NCBI RefSeq assembly: GCF_964355755.1 | Contig: NC_092672.1 | Span: 18,241,237-18,305,236 of the forward strand | Source: Antedon mediterranea | Lineage: Eukaryota; Animalia; Echinodermata | Direction: 5' to 3' | DNA: 64,000 bases | Shown: piece by piece, positions 12,685 to 26,180 of the stretch | Position numbering within the stretch: position 1 is the stretch's first letter | Layout: each line of letters opens with the position of its first letter | Position numbers and translations under genes: made by a program | Notes under the pieces: generated by a model | Told to the model about the DNA's origin: nothing | The model's database searches: none | The model's input: the letters and a program-made list of their open reading frames with translations, nothing else

Positions 12685-14046
12685 TATCACAAGAATGAGT
12701 ATTCCGCGATTTTTGCATGAGAAATTTGTAACAGAGAGCTCCAGTGAGTGATGCCCGCCCTCATAAGGGCGGATGTATACATACTAAATATGCTTGATTT
12801 AATAGATATTATACATGTCACATTAAATAGAATTATGATAATAGTTTTTGCAATTGTAAACTATTTTATAATACATATAGTGTACATTCACTTTTACAGA
12901 CAATTATTTACTAACATGCTAAGTTAGTTCACAAAAAAGGCCTAACACAGCAACACCAAAAATCAATGAATCTGTAGGAACTTCACACACATATTTGCGT
13001 GTGTGCGCTCAACGCGTAAAGTTATGCAAATTGCTGTTGTAAATATAGCGAACGCGCAACGAGCGATCTCTCTCTCTCTGCGTCAAGTTTTCAACGAGAA
13101 GACATCGACATTTTTATGAGCAAACCATTGCGAGTTTTAATACAAGTTTTACGATAATAATTAGTTGTCCTAATTATTAGCACTATTACATTTTGATATT
13201 TAGCGTTTTAACTTTACATATTTTACTACGTGTTACTGTATGTTATCGTGTTTCAATTATTGTACCGTTGTATATATTATTGTCCTGAACTAGTCTAGCC
13301 TATTAACCTTACACTGCGCACGTACGTACGCGCTTCGTGTGGATATGTGGTTTCTACACTCCGTATAGTTTATTTACTTCGAGCCTAGGATACTTCCAGC
13401 TTTGGACATCGTTTGACTGCTACAATACTCCATTACCGTATTCTAAATAGGGTAAGTAAAGACCGAATTACTTATTCCCTAAAAATCGTTACTCAGCACG
13501 GCCTATTCTTTACCATTGCCGTGTACTACTCTACGCCCGGTAAATTAAGTATTGTTTTTATGATATAAATTAGTATAAAATACATGTTATTAATAGGACA
13601 AAATGTTAAATGTTATTAACATTTATTTGTTTTACCAGAAACAAGTTAAATATAGGAATATTATTAAACAATCCTTCGTGAAAACGCGTAAACACCAACA
13701 CGCCCGGTCACGCTATCGTAGCGCCCGGTTGATAAAGCAAACTGTTTATACGGCAGTTTTTACTAAATAAATTGCATAAAACGAACAATTAAATATCCAA
13801 ATAGTATTTAACATGATGTTGGCATGTAGTTGATAACATTTTTTATCATGAAAATACTACCGGTGGTCTAGCCTTGGATTATTGAAATCGTCACAAAGTT
13901 GTATACATCCCAGATACATCCACACTTATGGCGGCGCCCTACCACATGGACAATATTACTGTTACAGGGAAAATCGCGGATTACTCATTCTTGTGATATA
14001 TATTCTTTGGTGTGATCATCAAAGATCAAAGTTGAGAGCGCAAGAT

Positions 14047-14145
14047 ATTATGGAACGCCTCCTCTGCCTTCAGTTCACATTTATCATGCAGTACACTATG
14101 GAACGCCTCCTCTGCCTTCAGTTCACATTTATCATGCAGTACACA
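14047..14145. repeat. 48-bp tandem duplication
   Basis: tatggaacgcctcctctgccttcagttcacatttatcatgcagtacac occurs twice. It generates the repeated peptides in the ORF track. Confidence 0.85.
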
Positions 14146-14891
14146 CCATGCCAATCGAAAATTGACAACTATAACATTGGTTTCCATTATAGTCATGTCC
14201 ATAAAATTTTTTGTTATTGTTATTGTCCTTTCCTTTTTTTTTCCAGTAAAAAACAGGTAAACTTCAAACATTTTAAACTTAAAAAGGTGTAATGTTCATT
14301 CAAAACCGGATATTTCGGTGCGGACATGGTAACTGTGGACCAGGTATTGCGTGGGCCATTGGTTCTGGGTCGTCATCATCATAGTTGCTATCTATTTCCA
14401 ATCAACACTTACTTCTTGCCACACACCTTGCGGAATTAGGTTAGACATCCTTAGCGGTTCTCGGGCACTACTCTCTAATCGATTCCTGGAAACCAAACTT
14501 TGAGTCTCATGTTTCGTTTTAATTACCCCTTGATGACCTTTATATGCGATATCGGTAAAATTTTTGTCGTAAAGTCTTAGGGATCACTATTCTATTCTAT
14601 GATCACGTAGCAGTATGTTCTTATCTGTGCTAATGATGCTGAGTAGGCCTAATGTTTCGTGTCCTTGTAACAAACCCACAACTGATGTACATTATACGTT
14701 TTATACGTTGTTTGCATAAACAAATAAAAACATTTCCAAACACACTTATTTGGAAATAACGCGCACCCAGGGCAAGCTGATGGTACATCTTCTGTCATAA
14801 CGAGACCTTGACTTGTACGACGAATGTTGAGAAAGTTAAGACATATTATATTATTATTATTGTTGTATCCAAATTGACAAGCAAAATAAAA

Positions 14892-14922
<31 letters not shown>

Positions 14923-15419
14923 TTCATTATGTTTTATATTGTATTGTGTATTATTTCTCAAAATACAGATTTCATCACTTTATGTGACAGTTGCATACAT
15001 TATGCTAAATTGCTAAATAAAAGTAGGAAACAGGGTAGAGTAAAAACATCAGCAACAACAAAATATTACCGTATTTCCATTTTTTATTCATGATTTAATG
15101 GTCAATTTCCATGAATGTTAAATCCGATTTACTAACCAATACATTTAACCGAAGTTAATCTACAAAGTGCACGGAAACTTTTGACAAAGATATATTAATT
15201 GATACAAAATAAGTCAATCGATCAATCAAATAAACATTTATTTCTTTCATTTTCAAATGAACATTAATACATTAATACATTAATACATTATACATTATAA
15301 ATTCTGAGATTTTTTTTTGATATTTATAATAAATGATATGTATAAAAAGGTGATTAAATTATATAAAAAATGAAAGAGAAAACAATACTATATACATTTT
15401 TATGGGAAGAAAAAACGGA

Positions 15420-16330
15420 CTAATTTTTTTTAATATAGTTGCCTATTTTCGTATGTAAAATTGTAATGCAAGAATTGCACCAAATAATCTCGTTTGCAGG
15501 CATACCAACTTCAATTGTATTTTTGGGAGTTTTAGGTTCATACCAACATAACAAACACTTAACATAAAATTCTTTTCTTTGCGTCTCTAAAGTTATATAG
15601 AGTTGTGATGCAGAGGAATTGAAATAGAGAGACGACATTATTTGGTATATTTCCATGCTGCTATTTCATTGTTAAAAATTCTTTTGATCAAATTGATTTT
15701 AAAGGTAGTTATTATAGTAGGTACATGAACCATATCTAGACCTCTATGTATTTTGTTTCCAAAAATAACCGTAGTCCGTTTTTCCTTCCCATAAAAATGT
15801 ATATAGTATTGTTTCTATAGCTGTAATAACCCATTGAGGTACATCGGGGACCATAATTGGAAATAAAATTAGGGATATAAGCAGTGATTTAATAATTACC
15901 ACTTTACCTTTCAACGACAGATATCTTTTTTCCCATAGGTAAGTAATGTTTTGTTGTTTTTCTATTCGCTTCGTCCAATTTTCCTCGATATTTTCAGCCG
16001 GTATTGTGCTTTTGCTTTCCCCTCATTTTTACAATTAATGTCTTCGACATTTTCCTTTTTATTAACGTTATTACCAAGCCACAGGCCTTCTGTTTTATTT
16101 CTATTTAGATGCAAGCTTGACAAATTGAAAAATTCTTTAATGATTTTAAAAACATTTGAGATGCGAGCATCATCACCAAGGAATAATGTGTTGTCATCTG
16201 CATAGCTAGTAATTTTGATTTTGTTAATTGGATAATTTGTATTAGGCAATTTGATACCGTTTACATCTTTAGTCATTTTAATTTTGAGAGTGAAGATTTC
16301 CGTCGCTATGTTAAAAAGATAAGGACTCAA
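15420..16330 (-). mobile_element. Degenerate L1/Tx1-clade LINE reverse-transcriptase fragment
   Basis: SPYLFNIATEIF...KITSYADDNTLFL...SLHLNRNKTEGLWLG, then WEKRYLSLKGKVVIIKSLL and RGLDMVHVPTIITTFKINLIKRI, broken by frameshifts. Confidence 0.8.
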
Positions 16331-16710
16331 TAGCCTGGCAGATATAATAGATGCTTGGAATATAAATGTTCTGACAGGAAATGTGTCATTGTTATCATGT
16401 TTATTATTAAAATCAATACCACAAAAAAAACAATGATCTTTGAACCAAAATTGTTGATCAAGAGAGCGAGGGTTGGTTTAGCTATAGTTTCTGTTTCTAT
16501 CTTTCTTTTTTTCTCCACTTGTATACATTTCTTATTTATGAGGTCCTTCTACATGTAAAATGTAGTGCTTGTCTTGATAACACATGAAAATTGATGGATT
16601 TTCCCTCGCGGTGCTAGCTCTGTTAACACCAACAGCACCCTTTTCTGTCATTTTTACAATATCCATTTCATCATCAATGCTCTTTCCACATATAGCACAT
16701 TGGGTAAAAT
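16330..16710 (-). pseudogene. Academ-type transposase N-terminal fragment, inverted relative to the rest of the element
   Basis: Minus-strand pieces CAICGKSIDDEMDIVKMTEKGAVGVNRAS..R, LHFTCRR and F.FKDHCFFCG resemble the Cys-rich N-terminus I recall for this protein family; frameshifted. Confidence 0.55.
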
Positions 16711-17591
16711 GGATAGAGAACGGGATTGTTTAAATCAAAGATCTTTTTAATAAAGATGCAACATTAAAATCTTTTTCACAACTTAAACAAGTGGTGCAAA
16801 GAAAACAATCCTTCACCATAGAATACTTTATGCTTTCTAATGCAGTCAAATAACCCCTTGTTATTGTCAGGATATTATTTTTTCTATATTCTTCTTTCTT
16901 TCTACTTCGTCACAATTTTGGTTATAGTTACCATTAATCCACTCTTTTGGGAGATGAAGATAATAATTGAAAATGAAAAGGATGACAGCATACTGAAACA
17001 ATTAGTTTTGAATTTGGAAGGTTTTCATTCCTCTATGAGTTTTTTGTGCTATTGGTCATACGATGCAGTCGTCCGGACTGTTATAATTAGATACTACTGC
17101 AGACTATTAATAATGAAATTAGACATATATAATAGTGATCTGGTATTTCATTTATTTTCCACCTCCTATAGATAGTAACTGGCCACTGTCTGGGTCCCAA
17201 GGGTAAACACCATCCAAGTCAGTTAGCTAGACAAGAATATGCTGTCAAAACAAGTCATCCAGGGGTGTTTTCAGACATGCATGTTACAGTATCAGAGTTG
17301 TTTTCAATAACATGACAGCACAGGACTAAAAAAAAACCATGGAACTTGTTTTTGCAGACAATGCTGTAACATATATTATCTGTAAAGGCAATACATGGTC
17401 ATTTTCTTGTTGATATGGCATTGAATGCATTGCTCATCTTGAAAGCATAGTATATATTTTCCAGTTGTCGAAGAAGATCTACGTGGCAAAACAGACATAC
17501 TGAAGGCACTAGACATATTCGATGTACTTGTTAGAGCCCTACAGTTACTAGTCCTGTACATTACAATTACTACTGTATATAGATATATAAT

Positions 17592-17766
17592 CAGGGAAAA
17601 TTTTCATTTAAAAATTTTGTTTAGCAATATTGCTAATCAAACTGATTTTTAAGTCGAGAAACATAGTTTTGTATTGTATTTTTTGCTACACAATTTTCAA
17701 AATGTGTAGCAATAAGGTTGTTTTGTATAGCTTTTTGCTACGCTACACTGGCGAAAATGTTCCCTG
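17592..17766. mobile_element. 175-bp MITE (P-superfamily-like CAGGG termini) inserted in the Gypsy 5' LTR only
   Basis: TIR cagggaaaatttt / aaaatgttccctg; 7-bp TSD ATATAAT. The 3' LTR shows the empty site (agatatataatacaacc). Confidence 0.8.
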
Positions 17767-18041
17767 ATATAATACAACCTATAATCCTACTACCCTAGAT
17801 ATAGACATTTCTAAACTATTGATCTCAGCTCCGTTTCCATGGTAATTGATGAGTATAATATTAGTGTAAGGGGAGTTGGAATCACTGTTAGTGTAGGATA
17901 TAGTTTTTAGTTGACCAGCTTGATGATAACACCTATGTACTGTAACTTGCTTGATATATTATTCTATTAAATTATCGGATCTATATTCTGTTGTGAAATA
18001 CTGAAACAGTGTCCGAGATGTTTATACGACCCGGTAACATT

Positions 18042-18059
18042 TGGCGACCACGATGGGAC
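18042..18059 (+). promoter_or_regulatory. Primer-binding site, tRNA-Arg(TCG) type
   Basis: tggcgaccacgatgggac, 2 nt after the LTR end, is complementary (one mismatch) to the recalled 3' end of metazoan tRNA-Arg-TCG. Confidence 0.8.
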
Positions 18060-19422
18060 AGGTAGGCAAATAAAGACATTTTAGAAGTAAAATAGAATTT
18101 AATGCTACCTGTTCAGCGACACGTCTGACCCATACTAGACTGTTGTGGTGCAACGAGTGCTGGTAGGATCGTAACAAGAACCTAGAAATAAGAGGGTGAG
18201 TTAGATTGACTACCATGGCAAATGATATGACACCACTTCAATGCTACGAACTGGTAATAAAGCAGATAAATGCCGCAGATCAGCAGACTTTATTAAAGGT
18301 ATGCAATTACTTAAAAATAAATGGGTACGAAGATATCACTGACAAGACAGATAGTAAATTGAAATTAGGGAAGAAGATTCTAAAAGAAATTAATAAAGAT
18401 GAATTAGAAGCACTGTCTGACGAACGTCTCATTGCCATGTTAAATGATCTGAGTAAATTCATGTATGGGATTATTGTCGGTGTAACATCGAGTAATGTCA
18501 CGACGACCAGTACGACTCCAGCGACGACAGATGGGGGCCTAGTTAGATTGACTAGACGAGACTTTAAAATTGCTGGACAAATTGGAGAGCCGAGACAAAA
18601 GGACCGACTCATATTTTCAAGTTTGGTCCACCAAATTGAAAATGCCAAGCTAAAGGCCATCCCCGACTCGGAAATAATAGAAGCTGTTGTACGGGCCGTG
18701 GGACCAGGATCAGCTCTACGCAGTTATCTTGAATGTCGCCGAAACATCACATTACCAAATCTGCGCCGAATGCTGCGATCCCATTATGGTGAAAAAGAAG
18801 CAACCAAGCTGTACCACCAACTTTCGAGGAACACCCAAGAGCCGAGAGAATCAGCCGGCACCTTCTTAGTTAGGACATTGGACTTGAGGCAGAAGGTGAT
18901 ATTTGCGAGCCAAGAGAGTGAAACTGGTTTGGAATACGATTCCAAACTAGTGGATAGTATGTTCAGACATGCATTGCTGACCGGATTAAGAAGTGAATCG
19001 ATCCGAAATGAGTTAAAACTGTACTTACAGGACAAAGGAGTGACGGATGAAATACTGTTTGAACGGATGAATAGTGCGGCAAGTAATAAAGCAGAGCGAT
19101 GTGAAAAGCTTGATCGACACTATATTGTTGAGGTCAAAGAGAGTTGAGTGCACGAAGAGAAATACCAGAAACCAAAGGAGGGCACCTTGATGCAGGAGAT
19201 GGCCGAACTAAAGGCGGGAATGGCTGATATGGCAATTCTGAAGACCCAAATGGCCACCTTGCAAGAACTGTTGACTAATGAACCACCACGATTCCAAAGA
19301 CAAGCACGTAGATTGTGCCAATCATGCCAGCAAAACAATGAAACGGAATGCAGTCATTGTTATATATGTGGGTCGTCAGAACATTTCGCACGAGGATGTC
19401 GGCAACGAAGAAATGATCAATC

Positions 19423-19464
19423 GGGAAACGGCCGACGGTTACAGTCGGGAGACAAACTGTAACC
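19423..19464 (+). promoter_or_regulatory. -1 programmed ribosomal frameshift signal at the Gypsy gag/pol junction
   Basis: G GGA AAC is in the gag phase, and the -1 frame is open into the protease. It is followed by stem CCGAC/GTCGG, whose loop GGTTACA is complementary to the downstream TGTAACC. Confidence 0.75.
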
Positions 19465-22400
19465 TGTAAATATCAACCCCACACGTCTCACATCTGTAAC
19501 ATCTCTCCAGAGAAAGAAGAGAAAATCGTTCGACTGGTAGGCAAGAAGTGCACAGTCACTTGCTACTTTGAAAAAGTGAAGACGACAGTACTCTGGGACA
19601 TGGGGGCCCAAGTGTCGATAGCACCAGCCTGGTGGGTATCGACATATTTACCGGACATGAAACCTAAACCACTTGATGAACTAATTGGGAACACCAACCT
19701 TCATTTACAAGCTGCAAATGGTACACCAATTCCATTCAACGGTTGGATCGAAGTGATCATGACTTTATCAACCAATCAGCCTGCACTTACGGTTACCTTA
19801 CTAATATCACCAAATAATATGGAAAGGCCAATCCTGGGGTACAACGTCATTCAGGAGATAGTGAAAAGAGATAACACAAGTACGTCCATCCAAGCGGCTT
19901 TCCCAGCAATGAGAAAAACCGACATACAAGCATTTTTTAGCCTTATAAAAGCTGAATACCCACCTGAGGTAGCCACCGTCATCGTGGGGAGACAAGATGA
20001 AGTCAATCCTAAGCAGGGATCATCATGCGTGACATGTAAGGTACGCTCTCCTTTTTACTTTATCGGGAAATTACTACTATTTGAACCCGACGATCAGGCA
20101 GCACCTTCTGAGAAGTTACATGTAGGCCTACCACCTTCAGTGGTACAACTCCAGGACGGAACAATGAAAGTGAACATATTTGTCTTAAATGACAGCAATA
20201 GTGACATAATTTTAAGAAGACGCACATAATTAGGTTCCCTGAATATATTTGAAGGCATGGAGATCTGTGAAAAGGAAGCTGTACCACCAACGCCTGTAGT
20301 TATCAATTCAATGACTGATTCACCCCTAGGGATTCCACCAGTAAACTTAACAGACTTAAACAGAAATCAACTTAGAACTGCCACTGAATTGCTGGTGGAC
20401 GAGGCAGCAGCTTTTGCGAAGAATGACAACGATTTGGGATGTTTGCGAGATTTAAACATGAAAATTAGATTAAAAGACGACGAACCCGTTCAAAAAACAT
20501 ATATTTCCATCCCACCACCACTGTAAAGAGAGGTCAAGACCTATTTAAAAGATCTTATCGGCAGAGGATGGATTCAAAAGTCTGAGTCACCGTATTCATC
20601 CCCTGTTGTATGTGTTAGAAAAAAGGACTGCAGTTTAAGGTTATGCATAGATTACCGAGAGCTAAACAAAAAAACTATTCCGGATAGACAGCCTATACCT
20701 AGAATTCAGGATGTTTTGGACAGCCTTGGAGGAAACTCATGGTTCTCTACACTTGACCAAGGAAAGGCATATCACCAAGGATTTGTAGCCGAGGAGAGCA
20801 GACAAGCTACGGCATTCGTTACTCCATGGGGCCTGTATGAATGGCTTCGGATTCCATTTGGGCTTACTAATGCCCCAGCAGTTTTTCAACGACACATGGA
20901 GTCTTGTCTTGATGGTTTAATTGGTGAAATTACTGTTGTATACTTAGACGATATATTGGTATATGGGAAAACGTTTGAAGAACACACAGCCAATCTACGA
21001 CGAGTTCTGCAACGATTACAAGAACGAGGTGTGAAGTTAAAATCGAGCAAGTGTTTGCTTTTCAAGTGTGAAGTACGTTATTTGGGTAGAGTAGTCTCGG
21101 AAGACGGTTACACAATGGATCCCAGTGAAACGGAGGCAGTATTAGCACTACGTGACCGACAACCAACAACTGTAGGAGAAGTGAGAAAAATCGTTGGCCT
21201 TCTCGGGTATTATTGGCAATATATTCCCAAATTCTCAAGTATTGCAAAACCACTATATAATCTTTTAAAATGTGAGACTCAGAACGAGAAGCAGACGAAG
21301 AAAAAGAAGATGATGTCCAAACCCAATCGACGCCAAAAGAACAAGCAGATTCTCTCAAAACAACCAGTAGTGTGGACCCTGCAGCATCAAAGCACACTAA
21401 GCACGCTCATCGATTGTTTAACATCACCACCTGTGATGGGTTTCCCTGATCACAGTCAACCATTCGTATTGCACACGGATGCATCCAAAGACGGGTTGGG
21501 AGCAGTACTTTACCAGTTACAAAAAGGAAAGCTCCGGGTTATTGCATACGGATCTAGGACCCTAAGCCCAGCAGAGAAAAATTATCATCTCCATTCCGGA
21601 AAACTTGAATTTTTGGCGCTGAAATGGGCTATTACCGAGCGGTTCCGGGATTATTTATATTATTCACAACCTTTTACTGTATATACTGACAATAACCCAC
21701 TAAATATGTTCTTACATCAGCGAAATTGAATGCGACTGGCTATAGATGGGTTGCCGAATTAGCGGACTTCAACTTCTCAATAAAGTACAGACCTGGACGA
21801 ATAAACATTGACGCGGATACTTTATCGAGACTACCACTGGATATCAGCAATTTTAAAAATGACTTTACAGAAGAGGTCCACGAACCACACCATATCACCT
21901 TCAAGGGAACGGGCAGGAAGAGCGATTTAACCGAACATTATTATCTATGCTGGAAACATTCACTCAACAGACTTGTACATGCCTACAATTGTACACGACA
22001 TGATGCAATGGATATTCACCATTCTTTTTGATGTACGGGAGATACCCACGTCTTCCAGTTGATATTGCATTTGGACTCCATAAACCATCAGAGAGAGACA
22101 CAGTAAATCCTTCCGAATATGCTCGTCAATGGAAATCAAACATGGAGTAGGTATATAGAGTAGCAGCGAGGAACAGTCAGAAATCAGCCAACAGAGGAAC
22201 AACTACGATCGAAAGGTAGCGTACACGTCTCTAGAACCCGGTGACAGAGTATTGGTCAAAAACTGTGTGCACCCCGGAGGACCAGGAAAGTTGCAGAGCT
22301 TCTATGAAGATGATGTGTATGTGGTATTGGAACAAAAAGGTGAAGGCATGCCCGTTTATGAAGTTACACCAGAACATGGCCATGGTAGACATCGTACGCT

Positions 22401-23538
22401 TCATAGAAATCTTCTTTGTCCGTGTGACTACCTGCAGACGGAAGAAGACAAAGAAAATACCAGCTACGAACCATGTTCCAGAGAGGAAGCAGTGAACGGC
22501 CTCCAGCATTCTGATGATATATATATAAACTTTATTTAGACACGAGACTGATGTGCAGTACAACTTGTTCAATCAATATTGATTGTTTTTACACAAGTTC
22601 GTGATACTGTATTACAAAACAAAAAAAATCAACACCATATAAATACAACAGAAACGAAAAAAATTGAAATTGAAAAGAAACAAAATTACAGCAGAATCCC
22701 CTTCATCTGATTATATATTTACTGTCGTGGTACGTGAGACCATGCCCGGATTGATTTGGAAGTTTTCTCCCCGGGTATCAAGCGTGCGAGGCTTGGCTCA
22801 AATGAATGCAATATCAAGACCAAAAGAAAGACAACAAGTTGTTGATTGCCGTTACCAGACCATTTATTGTGTACGAATCAACGTCACTCAGAAAATAAAG
22901 AGAACGAAGAAAGGAAAACCCTGCAAATATACAAACAAGCGTTACATAATTTCAATATATATATATATATAGATATATAATACAACCTATAATCCTACTA
23001 CCCTAGATATAGACATTCCTAACCTATTGATCTCAGCTCCTTTTCCATGGTAATTGATGAGTATAATATTAGTGTAAGGGGAGTTGGAATCACTGTTAGT
23101 GTAGGAGTTAGTTTTTAGTTGACCAGCTTGATGATAACACCTATGTACTGTAACTTGCTTGATATATATATTATTCTATTAAATTATCGGATCTATATTC
23201 TGTTGTGAAATACTGAAACAGTGTAGGAGTATTTATGTTTATACGACCCGGTAACATACTTATCAGAGACCAAGGTGAAACAAGGATTGATTGTACCGAT
23301 GAGTCTATAACACACATACCTCAAAAGCTTGACAATGAAACATTTTCTCAAACAAAATCCTACAGGCTCATTATGGGTGCAGTATATGTCTATGGACTCC
23401 ATAGAGTAGCACTTTGGGCATTCATTAAATCACAACGTACTTGTACGTGATTGGCGTACCATACTTACCTGGGGTTTTGGACAGCGTGGTGTGTTCACGC
23501 AGGTTGGGTTGAAACGTTGTCATGTTATGTTATGTTGA

Positions 23539-23936
23539 AGTATAGCTTCTTACCTTTAGTGATTCTTACCTTTAGTGATTAAAAGAGGCTGTGAGCTTAA
23601 TGCTCGTAATACTAGTTGCCTCCTCTCCTTTTGTTTATGTGAATGTCGAGGTTGTTTTTGAATTAATTTGTTTTTGTGCTGTTAATGACATGTTCTGGTA
23701 GTGAGTTCCATTTGTTGATTGCTCTGACGTCAAAATAGGTATCTCTCCTGATGGTTTTGTATCTAGGTTTAGATAGTGTAAGTGAGTGTCCTCTGGTTAT
23801 ATAACCTCCAGGGTTCTGCCTTAGAGTGAAAAATGAACTTGCCTCAATGTTTACTATACCACGGATAATTTTGAACATTTCAATGAGATCACCTCTATCT
23901 CGTCTTTCTTCGAGTGTTGGTAGGTGAGTATTTAAT
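23539..23936 (-). mobile_element. 5'-truncated CR1-clade LINE 3' end inserted in the BEL-1 5' LTR
   Basis: LPTLEERRDRGDLIEMFKII...TRGHSLTL.KPR..TIRR..YF..RAINKWNSLP; the tail carries a duplicated 16-mer (aatcactaaaggtaag)x2. Absent from the 3' LTR. Confidence 0.85.
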
Positions 23937-26180
23937 AAACTTCACTTTACTGATAATAGTGGTCGATATATTTATTCGAGTCAGTAAAATTGGTGCCGAA
24001 ACCTCCCTGATCTACTAGGTCTAGAATTTGGATGATAACGATCGGGATAAAGATACCAACGAATCAGGTAATATTATGGATAAATTATTCCGAGTACCAC
24101 ATCGGCTAGTCTGACTCTCCAGGTAGGAGAGTTAGACAAACGAGTAGAAGCTTTGGACGCCGTCCAGAGCCAGGTAGAAGAAAAGCTATCGGACGATCAA
24201 TTACGATTTTCGTTCTCGTTTGTTAAGAACAAAATTGGAAGCAATGAATAGAATAGCTGAGCTTTCCGAGCAGTCACAGTTACACGTGAGCTCGAGTAAT
24301 AATGACACTACCAACGGTATTGGCAGTCGTCTTAATAATACAACAAAGCTACCTAAATTGGAAATAAAGAAATTTTGTGGTGAAATATCTGAATGGCAGA
24401 CATTTTGGAATCAATTTTGTGCTGAAGTGGATAGTACCACCATTCCCAAGGTTAATAAATTCACATATTTAAAAAACCTTTTTTCAGGAGAAGCTTTGAA
24501 CAGCATTGCAGGTTTAGCGCTGACAGACATAAATTATGATATTGCAATTCAATCACTAAAAGCTCGGTTTGGTCGACCGAAGCGTATAATCTTTTCACAT
24601 ATTCAGGCACTCATTAATATCAATGTCAATACAAGTCAGGCTTCAACCGCAGCGGAGTTGTGGTCTATTCGAGATGAACTTAATGGACATGTCCAATCAT
24701 TAGGAGCACTAGGGGTCAATGGAGAAGAAAAATATGGCATAATACTGACTCCCCTTATTTTATCACGCTTACCCGGGCGCTTACCTCCAGAAATCCGCCT
24801 TGAATGGGCAAGATCAGGAATCGGTAAGAAGCAGATTTAAAATATTTACTGGAATTTTTTTAATCAGAGATTGAGCGTCGCGAACGTTCTGAAGGGTTTG
24901 CGAATACGGTTCACAGTTCAGGAAGTGTGCAAAATCAAGGAACAGTTTCAGCTATGCCAGCTACAGTTGCTGTTGCAGGTAAAATCAAGAACTGTATATT
25001 TTGTAATAGGACAAATCATAGCTCGTAGAAATGTAGACAACTTAGATCGATGACATATGCTTAGAAATCGAATGCGATTAAGGAAGCACACTCCTGCTTC
25101 AAATGTTTGAACACTAGTCACTTTGCAAGGAAATGCAGTTTCAAATGTCGCAGTTGTAACGGACCTCATCATGAAATTATCTGGCAGAAATGAACAACAC
25201 AGACAGCCACTCCGGTTCCAGTTTTCACAGAACCAGTAGTCCAAGCTGCAACTACAGAACCATTAGTCCAAGCTGCAACTACAACTCATTCGAACACTGA
25301 CATTCCTCATAGTTATACTGTCTTACAGAATGCTAAAGTCAGAGTTAAAGGTAGTAAAGTAATGTTGTAAATAAGGTAGGAGCAGTGGGGTTAACACCCA
25401 AATCATTTGCATTTGCTGCCTTTGGTGAAGGTAAGTCCTCACAAAATGAAACTAGGAATATTTACAAATTAAATGTTGAAAATAAATATGGTAGGAATAA
25501 TGAATTGCATTGAAGTTAAATCGATATGTGCACCCATGTTTAGAGCTAAGGTTCCACAGTCCTCCTTGAAAGCAGTAGCCCATCTCCCATTAGAAGATGA
25601 CTATGACAAAGAGAGGGAGATCCATGTTGACATTTTAGTGGGCTTAGATTATTATTGGCAATTTATGGGACGTGGCATACACAATCTTCCAGAGGGTCTG
25701 GTAGCCCAAGACACTGTTTTCGGTTGGGTTATCTCAGGGAGATGGAATTTGAATGACAATATAAATGTTACTCGTAATCATAATGTTAACCATGTATCCC
25801 CACAGTTGCTTTGCATTACAGACATATCCGATGACAGATTGAAAAAATTCTGGGACAAGTGATGGAGTGCAAGATGCTGTACTGAAAGAGTTCAATGAGA
25901 GCATACGTCTGGTGAATGAGAGATATGAAGTTAAGTTACCATGGAAAGAGGGTATGAAAGAGTGCCTTCAAAATAATAGAGAGGTAGCTAAGGTGAGGTT
26001 AAATAGTCTGAATAGGAGGCTTGCTAAAGACAAAGAATTAGGTGAAAAATATGAGGCCTCTATCTCTGAAATGGAGAGATTAGGCATAATTGCTGAAGCT
26101 CACACCACAGATAGTGGTATTGTTTATTACCTTCCCCATCACCCAGTAGTGAAAGATGCCAGTTTTACAACCAAGGTTAG

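Larger units (their letters stand above)
17574..23256 (+). mobile_element. Ty3/Gypsy LTR retrotransposon, degenerate. 5' LTR 17574-18039, 3' LTR ~22965-23256; gag ~18206-19462; PR-RT-RNase H ~19423-21880; most of integrase deleted
   Basis: Near-identical direct LTRs end in ...ggtaaca. Gag has a CYICGSSEHFARGC zinc knuckle; protease LWDMGAQVS (DTG mutated); [15 protein letters not shown]...YLDD; RNase [15 protein letters not shown]...[10 protein letters not shown]. In-frame stops at 19145, 20227 and 20524. Confidence 0.95.

Noticed and set aside
13000-13460. CpG-containing segment with an octamer, a cgtacgtacg palindrome and a GG|GTAAGT donor as a promoter or first exon
   Set aside because: There is no linked ORF or downstream exon, and it cannot be distinguished from transposon sequence without expression data.
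18042-18059. tRNA genes suggested by tRNA-complementary sequences here and at 23991, 47844 and 56919
   Set aside because: These are 13-18 nt primer-binding sites adjacent to LTRs, not cloverleaf genes.
23461-23620. U1 snRNA gene or pseudogene
   Set aside because: Only the first 12 nt match. The rest is LTR sequence with no U1 stem-loops or Sm site.
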